DNA of 62,773 bases, the filler included, from Sanchytrium tribonematis (Eukaryota): assembly GCA_018985235.1 (NCBI GenBank). It is 18 parts of 18 records of this genome, joined end to end, with 100 filler letters (N's around TTAATTAATTAA, not from the genome) between each part and the next. Parts side by side here need not be neighbours in the genome. Positions count along the whole stretch, not along the records: positions 25,801 to 45,094 come from JADGIG010000103.1; 17 more parts are not named here. One strand, written 5' to 3'. Shown piece after piece: positions 32,091-43,437 of the stretch (the stretch's first letter is position 1; the number at the start of each line of letters is the position of its first letter). A program made the position numbers and the translations under genes. Below the pieces are notes generated by a model. The model saw nothing but the letters and a program-made list of their open reading frames with translations. It had not been told where the DNA came from and made no database searches.

Positions 32091-34487
32091 ATGATATTTG
32101 TCCAAAATGATCATTTTGTAGATGAACATGGTAGAACTTTATTTTTAAGAGGGGTAAATCTAGGTGGGAATTCTAAACTGCCATATAATAGTACCTCAAA
32201 ACAAACGCAAAAGGAAAACATAACATTTATAAATCGACCTTTTCCATTGGCTGAGGCAGATATCCATTTTGGAAGACTTAAAGCTTGGGGTTTTAATTTT
32301 ATACGATATTGCGTCACTTGGGAGGCCTTGGAACACTTGGGTCCTGGAAACTATGACGATGAATTCATTGAATATTTAATCCAAATTTTAAATGTAGGTA
32401 AATCTTATGGGTTTTATTTTTTTATTGATCCACACCAAGATGTATGGTCTAGATTTACTGGTGGATCTGGTGCACCATACTGGACATTGCAGGTAGTGGG
32501 GTTAAATGATGAGAATTTCTATGAATGTGGTTCCGCATTAAGTCACGATGATTGGCTCTCAAATAACAAAGGTAAAATTCCAAAAATGATTTGGCCAACA
32601 AATTACAATAAGTTGGCTTGTGCTACTATGTTCACTTTGTTTTTTGGAGGAAATAAGTTTGCCCCAAATTGCATGATACATTTCGAGAACTACTCTCAAA
32701 ATATTCAGGATTTTTTGCAAGAATCATTTTTAAATGCATTTGGGTATTTGATGTATAGCATTAAACTTTATTCTTTAGAAAGCAATGTTATCGGTTTCGA
32801 CACATTAAATGAACCTTCAGAAGGTTTCATTGGATGTTCACTGGACAAAATTCCAAGTGCAGTCAAAGTATTCAACATGAATGCTCCGACTGTACTACAA
32901 AGCATGAAGTTGGGACTTGGTGTTCCGCAGTCTGTTACCTACTACGAAAACATCAGCTTAATCAATATTCCTCTCTCGAACAAAATAGACCCTAAGGGAA
33001 AGTCTGTTTGGCTTGATTCTCCTATACATCCAGTTCTGCTTAAAAAGCCAATTTCTAACAAAAACACTGAATTTGCATTTTTACAACTGGGTCGAAATTA
33101 TACACAGAGCAATCTCGAAATGTCTTGGAAAGGTTGTGTTTGGATGCATCACGGTGTTTACTCAGAAACATCGTGCAACAATGATTATTTTACTTTTGAC
33201 AAATCCATCAATCAAAAATATAGTTTCATAGATGATTTTTGGATAAAATTTGTTGAAATCGAGACAAATTTTTTCCGAAGCATTATACCCAATATAATTT
33301 GCTTTTTGGAGCCACCAGTATTAGCTCAACCTCCAAAAATCCTTCCAAAATCGCTATATCCAGTCGTTTATGCGCCGCACTGGTATGATGGAATAACGCT
33401 TATGACGAAATCGTTTTCATTGGTTCAAGTCAACGCAGTAAAATATATGCGCGGATTTAATATTTTAAGTTGTATCTCTATCGGCACATCAGGTGTTCGA
33501 GCCTGTTTCCGTGACCAAGTTGAGCATATTCGAAGCGAGTCCAGAATTCTAGGAAATATACCCTTTATACTAGGTGAAACTGGTTTGGCCTTTGATTTGG
33601 ATGACAGTTTTGCTATGATTTCTTCTGATGAGAGCTTTATTAATTTTGCTTATGACTGTTACTTAAGATCTTTTGAGAGCAACTTAATTAATTACACTCT
33701 GTGGAACTATAACACTGAAAATGATTGGATGGGTGATGATAATTGGAATGATGAAAATTTAAGCATTTATTCTAAAAAACTACTCTCACCACATATTGAC
33801 CCAAAAATTTGTCAGATGTTGCTACCAGATTCTACATCCAGTGAGGTGAAGCTACTGGAAGATTTATTGCGCAAATTAAATTACAACGGAAGGTCTGTCA
33901 AATCCATAGTTAGACCATTTCCTTACAGCACCCCTGGCACTCCAATTTCGTTAAGATTTAATTTTAAAACCCACTATTTTCACTATCAATTTATGCCACG
34001 AGCATCTCAAAACTCTACTAATTTATACAATTTCACTGTTCCAAATTATTTGAAAGGTGTTCAGTTGAATATTTTTAATCTTTGCGAGATTTATTTGCCT
34101 CGATATCATTATTCTAGTTTCTATAATTGTTATGAAAATTTTGACGGCTCTGAATTTTCAGAATTATTGAATCAATTGCATATTAATGGCTGGGATATAT
34201 ATGTAAGCAGAGGGATTTTTTGGCTAGATTCAGTACACCAAAAACTTTACTGGTCCATTGATGTTTCTAGCAATATAATGAGAGCACAATCAAAAGCAAA
34301 TTCAGCCAAAATATATCCAGAATCTTGCACTTTGGAAATTTCTAGACACAAAATAATGGTGGGCGAATCTGAAATGAGCCTGCTATATAAGGATTTGCAT
34401 ATTATACAAAGAATGTGGCATTATTTGTTTGACGATAATTATGGCTATTCTCCACATGAATATGGGAAATTTTTTTTGAGACAATAA
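32091..34487 (+). CDS. GH5 endoglycoceramidase-related sterylglucosidase/glucosylceramidase (EGCrP/Egh1-like)
   Basis: LRGVNLGG, TWEALEH, DPHQDVWSRFTGGSGAP, NEP, GETG, WNDENLS. Confidence 0.9.
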   Translation: MIFVQNDHFVDEHGRTLFLRGVNLGGNSKLPYNSTSKQTQKENITFINRPFPLAEADIHFGRLKAWGFNFIRYCVTWEALEHLGPGNYDDEFIEYLIQILNVGKSYGFYFFIDPHQDVWSRFTGGSGAPYWTLQVVGLNDENFYECGSALSHDDWLSNNKGKIPKMIWPTNYNKLACATMFTLFFGGNKFAPNCMIHFENYSQNIQDFLQESFLNAFGYLMYSIKLYSLESNVIGFDTLNEPSEGFIGCSLDKIPSAVKVFNMNAPTVLQSMKLGLGVPQSVTYYENISLINIPLSNKIDPKGKSVWLDSPIHPVLLKKPISNKNTEFAFLQLGRNYTQSNLEMSWKGCVWMHHGVYSETSCNNDYFTFDKSINQKYSFIDDFWIKFVEIETNFFRSIIPNIICFLEPPVLAQPPKILPKSLYPVVYAPHWYDGITLMTKSFSLVQVNAVKYMRGFNILSCISIGTSGVRACFRDQVEHIRSESRILGNIPFILGETGLAFDLDDSFAMISSDESFINFAYDCYLRSFESNLINYTLWNYNTENDWMGDDNWNDENLSIYSKKLLSPHIDPKICQMLLPDSTSSEVKLLEDLLRKLNYNGRSVKSIVRPFPYSTPGTPISLRFNFKTHYFHYQFMPRASQNSTNLYNFTVPNYLKGVQLNIFNLCEIYLPRYHYSSFYNCYENFDGSEFSELLNQLHINGWDIYVSRGIFWLDSVHQKLYWSIDVSSNIMRAQSKANSAKIYPESCTLEISRHKIMVGESEMSLLYKDLHIIQRMWHYLFDDNYGYSPHEYGKFFLRQ

Positions 34488-34514
34488 TAAAATATTGATA
34501 TAAGTTGTCCCCTT

Positions 34515-35477
34515 ATGACACAAATGCGCATTGCGATTATCGGAATAGGAACTGTTGGAGGATGCTTGGTTGACATGTTTATTCAAAATGGCATACAGCC
34601 AATCATAATATGTAGCACCAAAAAACATCTAAAAAACCCAACCAAAAATTGGAGAAATGAACTCCAAGGTGGATCTATGATTGAATGGGCGAAGGATAAT
34701 GTGGATGTTATGATTGATTGTACAGCCAATGAGTCCATTAGCCATGAATATTTAAATTGGAAAACTCATGTTATTGCAGCTAACAAAAAAGCATTTAGTG
34801 GAGACCTTCAATACTACAAAAAATTAATTAGTAGCGAAAAAAAAATTTATTTTGAAAGTAGTTGTGGGGCAGGTTTGCCTGTATTGAGAACTTTAAGCGA
34901 TTTGGTGAAAAGTGGAGATATCATTAAAAACATAGAGGGCGTGCTATCTGGAACATTAAGCTATATTTTTAATAATTTTGATGGTAAATTTTCGGAGATA
35001 GTTCTTAAAGCCAAAGATCTGGGATATACCGAGCCAGATCCTAGAGATGATCTCAATGGTATAGATGTCATGCGTAAAGTATTAATATTGGGCAGAGTCG
35101 CAAATTTAAATATTTCTGAAAAAGATATTCAGGTTGAAAATATTGTACCAGAACCATTGAGGAAAGTTAATCTAAGCGAATTTTTATTGGAATTGCCAAA
35201 GTATGACATTCATTTTGAGAATATTTTTAAAAAAGCCAAACTAAATGGTAACGTTCTTCGCTACGTTGGTTCACTAGATTTTGATAAAAATATCTACCGG
35301 GTGGCACTTGAGGAATTTTCCAGCAGTCATGTTTTAAGCCAATTGCAAGGCTCTGATAATATCATAAAAATAGTAACGAAAAGATTTCCGAACGGACTAG
35401 TGATTCAGGGATCTGGTGCCGGTGCTGAGGTCACTGCATTTGGCTGTTATTCGGACTATTTGAGATTAATAGAATAA
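34515..35477 (+). CDS. HOM6: Homoserine dehydrogenase
   Basis: GIGTVG, ANKKAFS, ESSCGAGLP, GYTEPDPRDDLNGIDV, GAGAEVTA. Confidence 0.95.
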   Translation: MTQMRIAIIGIGTVGGCLVDMFIQNGIQPIIICSTKKHLKNPTKNWRNELQGGSMIEWAKDNVDVMIDCTANESISHEYLNWKTHVIAANKKAFSGDLQYYKKLISSEKKIYFESSCGAGLPVLRTLSDLVKSGDIIKNIEGVLSGTLSYIFNNFDGKFSEIVLKAKDLGYTEPDPRDDLNGIDVMRKVLILGRVANLNISEKDIQVENIVPEPLRKVNLSEFLLELPKYDIHFENIFKKAKLNGNVLRYVGSLDFDKNIYRVALEEFSSSHVLSQLQGSDNIIKIVTKRFPNGLVIQGSGAGAEVTAFGCYSDYLRLIE

Positions 35478-35515
35478 ATTTTTAAAATTAGGACCCAGGA
35501 GATACTTGAAACCTA

Positions 35516-36554
35516 ATGGGAATCTTGGTGACTGGTGGCGCTGGATATATTGGTTCTCATACGGCCATAGAGTTGTTGAACCAAGGTTATGAAGTGATAA
35601 TTATTGATAATCTTTATAATGCTAGTAAGAAGGCAGTATTTGAGATTGAGTCTATCACTGGAAAGAAAGTAAATTTTTACCAATTTGACCTATTAAATAA
35701 GAAACAGGTCACTGAGGTCTTTCAGGAAAACAAAATTGAAGCTGTAATCCATTTTGGCGGATATAAAGCGGTAGGCGAATCAGTTGAGAAACCACTCGCT
35801 TATTATCAAAATAATTTGGATTCGACAATGGTATTACTTCAAGTAATGAGCGATTTTAACTGCGAAAAGATTGTGTTTTCATCTTCTGCTACCGTCTATG
35901 GCGACCCTACCGATGAGTTTATTCCCATTCCAGAGCATTGTCCGACTTGGCCAACTAATCCGTATGGTCGCACAAAATGGATGATCGAATTTATGCTCAA
36001 AGACGTCTCGCATGCAACTAATTTACAGTCTGTGGTTCTTAGATACTTCAATCCAGCTGGTATTTCGATTTAATTTAGGAGCTCATCCTTCTGGCAAGAT
36101 CGGTGAATCCCCAAAAGGTATCCCAAATAATTTAATGCCATATTTAGCTGAAGTTGCCGTCGGCAAAAGGCCAGAATTAAAAGTTTTCGGAAACAACTAT
36201 CCCACAAGAGACGGAACAGGTATACGAGATTATATACATGTGGTAGATTTGGCTAAAGGACACATTGCTGCACTTAAATATTTATCGAAAAAACATAGTG
36301 AAAAACACCATGTATTTAATCTTGGTACTGGAAAGGGGTCTACTGTCCTGGAAATGGTTAAAGCTATGAGCGCTGCTGTAGGGAAAAATCTTCCCTACAC
36401 CATTGTTGCTCCTAGGGCAGGAGACGTTCGCGACCTGACCGCTGTTCCTAAAAAGGCAAACAGTGAATTAGGTTGGACGGCCGAATTGACTGTAGAAGAC
36501 GCTTGTAAAGATCTGTGGAGATGGATTAGCAACAATCCTAACGGATTCGAGTGA
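35516..36554 (+). CDS. GALE: UDP-glucose 4-epimerase, intron 36060-36078, 339 aa
   Basis: TGGAGYIGSHT, SSSATVYG, YGRTK; spliced LRYFNPAGAHPSG; RDYIHVVDLA. Confidence 0.97.
36060..36078 (+). other. 19-nt spliceosomal intron GTATTTCGATTTAATTTAG
   Basis: Removal restores the conserved RYFNPxGAH motif. Confidence 0.93.
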
Positions 36555-36568
36555 AAATTTATTAAATA

Positions 36569-37096
36569 CTACTCGAACATAATTTTGACGCTTTTCAATA
36601 ACACATTGGTTCCAATCAGTAAAATTTCAAGTCCCTGGCAGTATGGATTCCAATAGAATATATTTAATGTATAAATCACTGTTTTTAAAGCATATTGCAA
36701 CTTTTCAAAGTTGAAGTCTTCCTTGGAAAAATTACCATTAATCAATTTGATCATAAAATAACCATAGTATAATGATGACGAAAAGCTGACAATGAGGCAA
36801 ACTATCAATTGTTGGTCACAAATTATAGCTGTCAGTTGCAATATAATGTAAATCATCCAGAGTATAAGTTGTGTATTGAAAAGTTCCTGTTGGTGAAGCA
36901 AGAATGAGCAAAATATGACTGTTTGCTGAAAATAATTTGGAATGTCGTAATTTTCTAATAACAAAATGTAAACACTAGAGCCTAAAAAATAAAATCCAAG
37001 AAAACTTTTTTTTGTCTTTTTAATAGTTAAAGCTATTACTGCCAAGAAGCAAGAAACTAACAAATTGTTGAAAAGATAAGAATCCTGAATTTTCAT
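36569..37096 (-). CDS. Hypothetical membrane protein
   Basis: Hydrophobic ATG ORF filling the gap between genes. Confidence 0.5.
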   Translation of the reverse strand: MKIQDSYLFNNLLVSCFLAVIALTIKKTKKSFLGFYFLGSSVYILLLENYDIPNYFQQTVIFCSFLLHQQELFNTQLILWMIYIILQLTAIICDQQLIVCLIVSFSSSLYYGYFMIKLINGNFSKEDFNFEKLQYALKTVIYTLNIFYWNPYCQGLEILLIGTNVLLKSVKIMFE

Positions 37097-37119
37097 TTGA
37101 GTTTCATTTTTTTACACAA

Positions 37120-38865
37120 TTATCGATATTTATTATAAACCAATTTTACTGTTTCGCCAAATTGTACCAAAATTTCCATTAGACTGATACTTTGTTGGGG
37201 TATTTCTACGTCGTAAAATGAGCCCTTCATTTTCTGCAATAAATTCCTTGGAGGTGCCAGTAATCTCAAAAGCATTGTTCTATATTCTGACAGATGGCGC
37301 TCTATCATATTGAGTATGGTCTTTTGTTCATCGTTAATTATTGTAATTTCTGCAATTTGTTTTGAAAGAATTTCGATCTTTTCTCGACTAGATTGTGTAA
37401 ATTTGAGTAGTGCATCACGAATTTGACCAACTTCATTTTGAAACGTATAATTTCCAACAAGAACATTATGTATAGATCTTGGATCGGCTAGCCATTCGAA
37501 TAAATTAGAATATGAGGCAATTTGAGACTGGAGCTCAGCATTTTTTGCCTTAAGAATTTGATTTTCCTTCAGCAACTCCTCGAATTGAACCTCGTTAACA
37601 TCTGTCGTTAAGGCTTTAAAATTGACCTGAGTCTGAGCTAAAGTGGTGTATTGCTTATAGGTTAAACATTGACAATATATATCTCGACCAAGAATTTCCA
37701 ATTGCTGAAATGGTGGGTCGGATAAACGATCTCTCGAAAATTCAATATTAAAGCTCGGAAGTGCTGCATCCAAATCCTTGAACCAATTGATACCCGAAAG
37801 AGCGTTTCTAACTGAGCTGGTTGGTCTGAATGTGGATAAAAATGAATCTCTTCTCTCAATTTCGTCCTTGAATGCGTTGTCTAATAAATCACTGGCATTT
37901 TCCACAATATCTGCCAAGTTGTCCTCCCAAGCTTTACGCCTGCTGAACTCAGCGATACCGATGGAAAAACATCCTAAAATGTCTTGTAATATTTCTAATT
38001 GTCGAACATCCTCTTGCACACTCTCGAATAATAATTGCGACTCCTTTTGATCTCTTATAAAGATTGCAATATTGGATTGGTGCTCTCTGACGCTTTCAAG
38101 CTGATTCACAAATTCATGGTATTCATTAAGATGCAAATTCAAACCTTCCTTATAGTACTCTGTGGCTTTTTGCACTAGATTTTCTAATATTTGAACATTG
38201 GAGTCTTCTTGAAAAGAGTCTCCATTTTTTTCTATGTAGAGTTTATAATTTGATAGCAACTTGGTGTAAATCAAATCGGCCTGAGATATTAGCGGGCTAA
38301 AATCTTTTGGAATTTCGTTAAAAGTCTCCATAGTCTCGATGTCTAGTGGAATTTTCAAGTCACTAACCAATTGCTGCAAATCTTTTACTGAAGTCTCACA
38401 ATGAGTATACCAATCCGATAACTTTGTAACGGGCAATTTTACTTCTTCAAGTGCATTTAGTTTATCAAGCCAATCTTTAGATCTTGATAGAAGCTCCTTA
38501 AGAGGCCTTATATTAAATATTAGAACTGACGGGTGAGTATTCACCTGGGTGGCAAGGGACTGTGCGGCTCTTGAATACAATTTACATGAATTGAACAATT
38601 TATGATAATTATCCGCCAAAGATTTTATATGCAGCATAGCTTGTTCAGCAATGTGTAAAACTCTTAAATCGTCATTATCTTCGTCGCTTTCTTGAGGTAT
38701 AAAGGGATAATTTGGTTTTTGATAATCCGGTATATTTGCAATTAAGTCTTTAGGAAATACAAATATATCTTTCTCGGGATCATCTTCATGCACTCTTACC
38801 CCATCACTATTAATCAAAATACAATCTTCAAGTGGTCGTTCTTGATCAAAAATTTTTATCAGCAT
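37120..38865 (-). CDS. Atg11/Atg17-like autophagy scaffold
   Basis: EFSRRKAW....DEIERRDSFL pattern; coiled coils. Confidence 0.5.
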   Translation of the reverse strand: MLIKIFDQERPLEDCILINSDGVRVHEDDPEKDIFVFPKDLIANIPDYQKPNYPFIPQESDEDNDDLRVLHIAEQAMLHIKSLADNYHKLFNSCKLYSRAAQSLATQVNTHPSVLIFNIRPLKELLSRSKDWLDKLNALEEVKLPVTKLSDWYTHCETSVKDLQQLVSDLKIPLDIETMETFNEIPKDFSPLISQADLIYTKLLSNYKLYIEKNGDSFQEDSNVQILENLVQKATEYYKEGLNLHLNEYHEFVNQLESVREHQSNIAIFIRDQKESQLLFESVQEDVRQLEILQDILGCFSIGIAEFSRRKAWEDNLADIVENASDLLDNAFKDEIERRDSFLSTFRPTSSVRNALSGINWFKDLDAALPSFNIEFSRDRLSDPPFQQLEILGRDIYCQCLTYKQYTTLAQTQVNFKALTTDVNEVQFEELLKENQILKAKNAELQSQIASYSNLFEWLADPRSIHNVLVGNYTFQNEVGQIRDALLKFTQSSREKIEILSKQIAEITIINDEQKTILNMIERHLSEYRTMLLRLLAPPRNLLQKMKGSFYDVEIPQQSISLMEILVQFGETVKLVYNKYR

Positions 38866-38976
38866 CCCTTTTGTGTTAAATCTGATTACAAAAGAATTAC
38901 TTGTTCGCAGAATGTCTCAGTCACAGGTCAGAATTAGGGCGACAACGCTATATTTTTAGATATCGACTCAGCATTA

Positions 38977-41536
38977 ATGGTTCTGAGAGTCTGTAACAAG
39001 TTTTATAAGATGAGCAGATTGATCGAGTATCTAATTACCGGAGTATTAACAGATGATTCATTTATTCAACATGTAATTTATCCAAACAATTTAGAGAAGT
39101 TGTTCTTAACCAACCTTCATTATATGTTCAAGCCGAAAAAATTTGAAAATGCAGAATATTTGTGGTATGAATTTCAACTCACAGACGAATTCGGAAATCC
39201 GTTATATGGATCTTGCTATAGCCAAAAAACCCAAGAAGGAAAGTATTTTGTAGTTGCCATGTTATCTTCTTATCCAAAATCATATACCTTTAGGTCAATG
39301 CTAAATGAAGTTCATTTATGTCATCAAAGAAATCTCAATATTTATAAACTATTAGCTGAATTTTGTAGGCTTGTCATACCAGATACTTTCCAAATTGTCT
39401 ATCAAATGCCATTTTCAAAGAAAAGCATAAATCTTGATTATGAAAATGATTGTCTGTCTCATTTAATGTACCAGTATTTACCAAATTGGCTAATTGCAAC
39501 CATTTTACATGATACTTTACTCGAAAAATCTGTATTACTTATAAGTACTAGTTTGACCAAACTCTTTCATTGCTCTATATCGCTTCAAACTTTAATGAAA
39601 CCGTTGAAGTATAATGGAATTATTGTGCCCTTAATACCATATTCCATGATACAAACAATAGAAGCTCCGACTTTTTACATAATGGGCGCACACAAATCTG
39701 CGCTTCAAGAAAGTGGTAACTTTAATCAGTCTGATTTAATTGTTGATTTAGACAATTTGGAATGCATTAATGATCGATGCAAAAACGAAAGAGATATCAT
39801 TGATATTGAAAATTACTGCCGAAAAGTGTTTAAGATTTTAATTGGGTACGTGTGCCATCAAGATTACTCCAGTCATTTGATTGATCAATATTCGCAAGAG
39901 TCAGAATTTCGACTACTCTGGAGAAATTGGATTATCAATTTGTGCTCGCACTCAGTTACAGATAAAACTTCTCGGTTCCGGCAGCAATTTTCTCGTACCA
40001 GCGCTTTTAAGCAATTTATTTATGATGATAAATTGAAAACACATCTTAAATCCATTTATATTTCAAGCCAATTTAGCACAGAATTAGACCCATATGAACC
40101 TTTTAATCAAGATAAATATGTGTCTCTTATGCGCAATCGAAGCGAATTCCAAAATCAAATATCAGCGATCATTAGCAAACACACTGATTTGGATTTTTTG
40201 CTATATGCCCGACTTTGTGAACATGTTTGGAAATATTACGATGAATATAATCAAATATTAGATTTTGAAGATTGCGAATCCATTTTAGAATTTATACTTA
40301 ATTCAAAATTAAATAGTGCACTTGTATCCAGCAAAGTAGAGGATATTTTGAACCATCTTTCAGATATTGACAAGTCAAAAATATATCAATGGGATTTGCC
40401 TCTCCAACTAAAGGAAAAATTTGATAAATACACCAAAAGAAGGTCCACTCAACTTTTGCGGAAATCCTTGTATGTGCAAAAATCAGATGCTGATGTTACA
40501 TCCGATTTGTCACTGAATATTCTGGGTGATTTAAACAAAGCCTTGCAATACGAATTGCCTAGCACCATCCCAGACGATTTTGGTTTAACTTTGGACAACA
40601 ATATCATTTTAAATGAAAATTTTGTATCAAAAGATTTAAAACTTCTGTATATTGAGCAAGTCGATTTGGTGACAAAAAGTAGTGAGTTGTTGTCATTAAT
40701 GATTGAGCTTTACAACGAAACCTCTTCACTAATGTATAGATCGGAAAAGAAAGATCCGATTGCTAGAACAATCTCAGACAGGAAGAAAATTTCTAATTTG
40801 AAAAAATCAGATCATTTTAATTTATTTATGCAAAGTTTATGCCAATTTACTTCCTATTCTTTAGAAAGTCTAACTTCAGATACTGCAAAACTTTGTTTTT
40901 GGTTAAATTGCAGGCAAATTTTGTTGTAATATTGATTAATTTAGTTTGCACGCTCTGATTATATTCAGTGAAATGTCAGATGAGAAACTTAAGGCTTCAT
41001 CTGTTGTATCTTACTGTTTAGGGGGTATCAATTTCACATTAATTGATATGTCCGAAGGTTTGTGCAGGCCAAACTCAATCGTAAGATTTTATACAAAATC
41101 AAATTTGATGTGGAATGAATTAAAGCCCATATTAAGGTCCTTCGCACCTTCAGAGTATCCGCAAGAAATCAATTTTGTAATGCCGGATTACACTAGTAGT
41201 TCTTGTCGCATTCGGCCATACGTTATCCCCGATTTCGAGAATCAAATTCTTCAAGAGCTGAATTTCCTCGTAGAGACTGAATTTAAAATTGATATAAAGA
41301 AGAAAAGAATTTTGATGCCACTCAGTTATTCTTGGCTATACAAAGAATTTGGCGATCATCCCAATGAAATGATAATAACAATATGTGAACGACTACCTAG
41401 TAATCCTTTTAGTACTATTTTGTTGAATAACGATGTATTGCGTTATGAAAATGCCAAATTATCTCGAATTAGCAGAAAATGGAATATAAAGTTTTTTAAA
41501 GAAACACAATTTTCTTGTAAATTTATATATTTATAA
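38977..41536 (+). CDS. DENN-domain protein with a C-terminal DUF547-like domain, intron 40926-40944
   Basis: FQLTDEFGNPLYG, LLEKSVLL, IEAPTFYIMG; spliced LCFWLNCRQILFLHALI. Confidence 0.8.
40926..40944 (+). other. 19-nt spliceosomal intron GTAATATTGATTAATTTAG
   Basis: Removal deletes a stop, fuses two ORFs and gives the DUF547-type FWxN...HAL motif. Confidence 0.85.
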
Positions 41537-41618
41537 TTTTAAAAATTACAGTGAAATAAATGGATTTTGGATTTGGTTGATGCTTCTTATCCTATACTTT
41601 CCTACATTCCAACTCCTT

Positions 41619-42518
41619 ATGACAGAGGAGTTCACTAGATCCATACTTGAGAAATTGCTTCCAACAGCTGAAGAGCACTTGAAGCCGAAAGTTAGATCAC
41701 AAGTAATAGACTGTATGAATGACCAGCAGCCATTATTCGATAATAAAATGAAAGAAGGAATTCAGAACACCTTTGAAAATGCACAAAATCGAATTAAAGA
41801 AAAGCTTAGTGTTTTTAGTTTTATAAAAAACATTTCAGATCGAGAATTTAAGTGTTTTGATCAAGACTCACAAAACGCAATTTACAATAGTATCAAAGAA
41901 TTTTATGAGGCTTCCAAACCTGAAGCAAGCGAAAAAGCAGCAAACTCAATAATGAATACATTGAGAGAATCTATCGAAGAATTAACAACACAAGGCAATC
42001 ATGGAGAACGTTCGCAAAAAGATAGAAGTATGTTTTCAGATATATTAGACGCTGCTGGAGAAATGTCGCTAGAAGGAAATTCTTTTAAAGGAAAGTTAAT
42101 ATCTTTGAAAGAATTGTCTTTAGAAAAATTTGACAATGTATTAGAATTGGCATTAGCACAAGTCAGAAATCATATATCAAGTAATGCTGAAGAATTGATG
42201 AATCGTAAATTAGAATCTGCCTCCAGAGAATTCGACTTTGATTTTGATGTTTCAATTCCACAAGAGGCGAAAGGATTTGAATCAGGTGTTTCGTCTTTCA
42301 AAACGCTCTTAAAAAGTAACGCATCAAATTTGTTAGACAAAATGGGACCCGTAGCTGATATTGTCAACCCTAAAAAGAAAATTAATGATATCTTGATTGA
42401 CTTAAAACAGCATGTTCTTGACAAATTAATGAAAGAGCTGGATAATGTGTTGCTGCTTGTCAAGAGTGCAAATCGAGAAACTTTGGCAAAATGGTTTGAT
42501 AATAAATTACACCTTTAA
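41619..42518 (+). CDS. Helical hypothetical protein
   Basis: Long ORF; no motif recognised. Confidence 0.5.
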   Translation: MTEEFTRSILEKLLPTAEEHLKPKVRSQVIDCMNDQQPLFDNKMKEGIQNTFENAQNRIKEKLSVFSFIKNISDREFKCFDQDSQNAIYNSIKEFYEASKPEASEKAANSIMNTLRESIEELTTQGNHGERSQKDRSMFSDILDAAGEMSLEGNSFKGKLISLKELSLEKFDNVLELALAQVRNHISSNAEELMNRKLESASREFDFDFDVSIPQEAKGFESGVSSFKTLLKSNASNLLDKMGPVADIVNPKKKINDILIDLKQHVLDKLMKELDNVLLLVKSANRETLAKWFDNKLHL

Positions 42519-42520
42519 AT

Positions 42521-43372
42521 TTATTTTTTTCCAAATCCAAAAGAAGTAGGCTGCGTCTGACCAAAAGAATTTGAATTAGTGAACCCTCCAAAAGAAGTAG
42601 AGACAGGCTGTTGAGAATTATTGAGATTAAAACCAGTTGTGGTTCCAAAAGAGTTACCATTTTGCTGATTTAACGCTGTGCTTGTTCCACCAAATCCTGA
42701 AAAATTTGATTTCGGTAGCCCAAATGAGGTTTGCATAGAGTTATTGTTGCTTGGAATGTTCTGAAATGAACTCTTTGCGGGTGTCAAAGTATTTGCATAT
42801 TCTTGAATCCTCAAACCACTCGCATCCATTACATTATACTGCAGCTTTATTCTTTCATATTCAGTTGAGATATTTTGGACGTGCTCATGTAATCCTTTAT
42901 AACTTTGCTCTAACCATTCTAGAGATGCAAACATATGTTTAATAGACGGAATAATAAGTTGAGGGTCTCCATTTTCCGATCCAAATTGCTCCACTAGGTC
43001 TTGCAATTCTTTTAGTCTGCTTTCTAATTCACCAAATACGTTTTTGTAATAATCCATAGGGAATGGCTTTGATTTTTCCTTAAGGTATTCAACAGCAACT
43101 ATGTCTCCAGAAAGTTGATTTGTTTTGCGTTGACATATGTCCACATTAAATTGCAATGTACTAAGTTGCGACTCAAAGGCAGATATTTGGGACTTTAAAT
43201 TTTCTAAAATTTCAAAGTATTGTGGTCGCTTTATAGCAGTTGTTTGCTTCGATAAAATGTCGTTTTCTTTCTTAAAGTTCTGAATATCAGCATCGGCTTT
43301 TTTTATCTGTTCCTTAAAGTTTGGATCATTAATATCACCTAAACGGGTATTTGGTAAAATTTGATTTTGCAT
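42521..43372 (-). CDS. FG-nucleoporin, Nup58/Nup49-like
   Basis: N-terminal TRLGDI, coiled coil, C-terminal SFG/FG repeats ending FGFGKK. Confidence 0.65.
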   Translation of the reverse strand: MQNQILPNTRLGDINDPNFKEQIKKADADIQNFKKENDILSKQTTAIKRPQYFEILENLKSQISAFESQLSTLQFNVDICQRKTNQLSGDIVAVEYLKEKSKPFPMDYYKNVFGELESRLKELQDLVEQFGSENGDPQLIIPSIKHMFASLEWLEQSYKGLHEHVQNISTEYERIKLQYNVMDASGLRIQEYANTLTPAKSSFQNIPSNNNSMQTSFGLPKSNFSGFGGTSTALNQQNGNSFGTTTGFNLNNSQQPVSTSFGGFTNSNSFGQTQPTSFGFGKK

Positions 43373-43437
43373 CAAGGAGGAGGCGATTTTGGCGCAAACT
43401 TCAAATTATAAAATGGAATTGTGGCATTTTCAGTTCC

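Noticed and set aside
32091..36554. GH5-HOM6-GALE as an operon or metabolic cluster
   Set aside because: The pathways are unrelated, close spacing is general in this genome, and GALE has a spliceosomal intron
15879..41536. Split ORFs (SWI3, GALE, DENN) as pseudogenes or programmed frameshifts
   Set aside because: Each break is explained exactly by a GT-AG intron sharing one consensus
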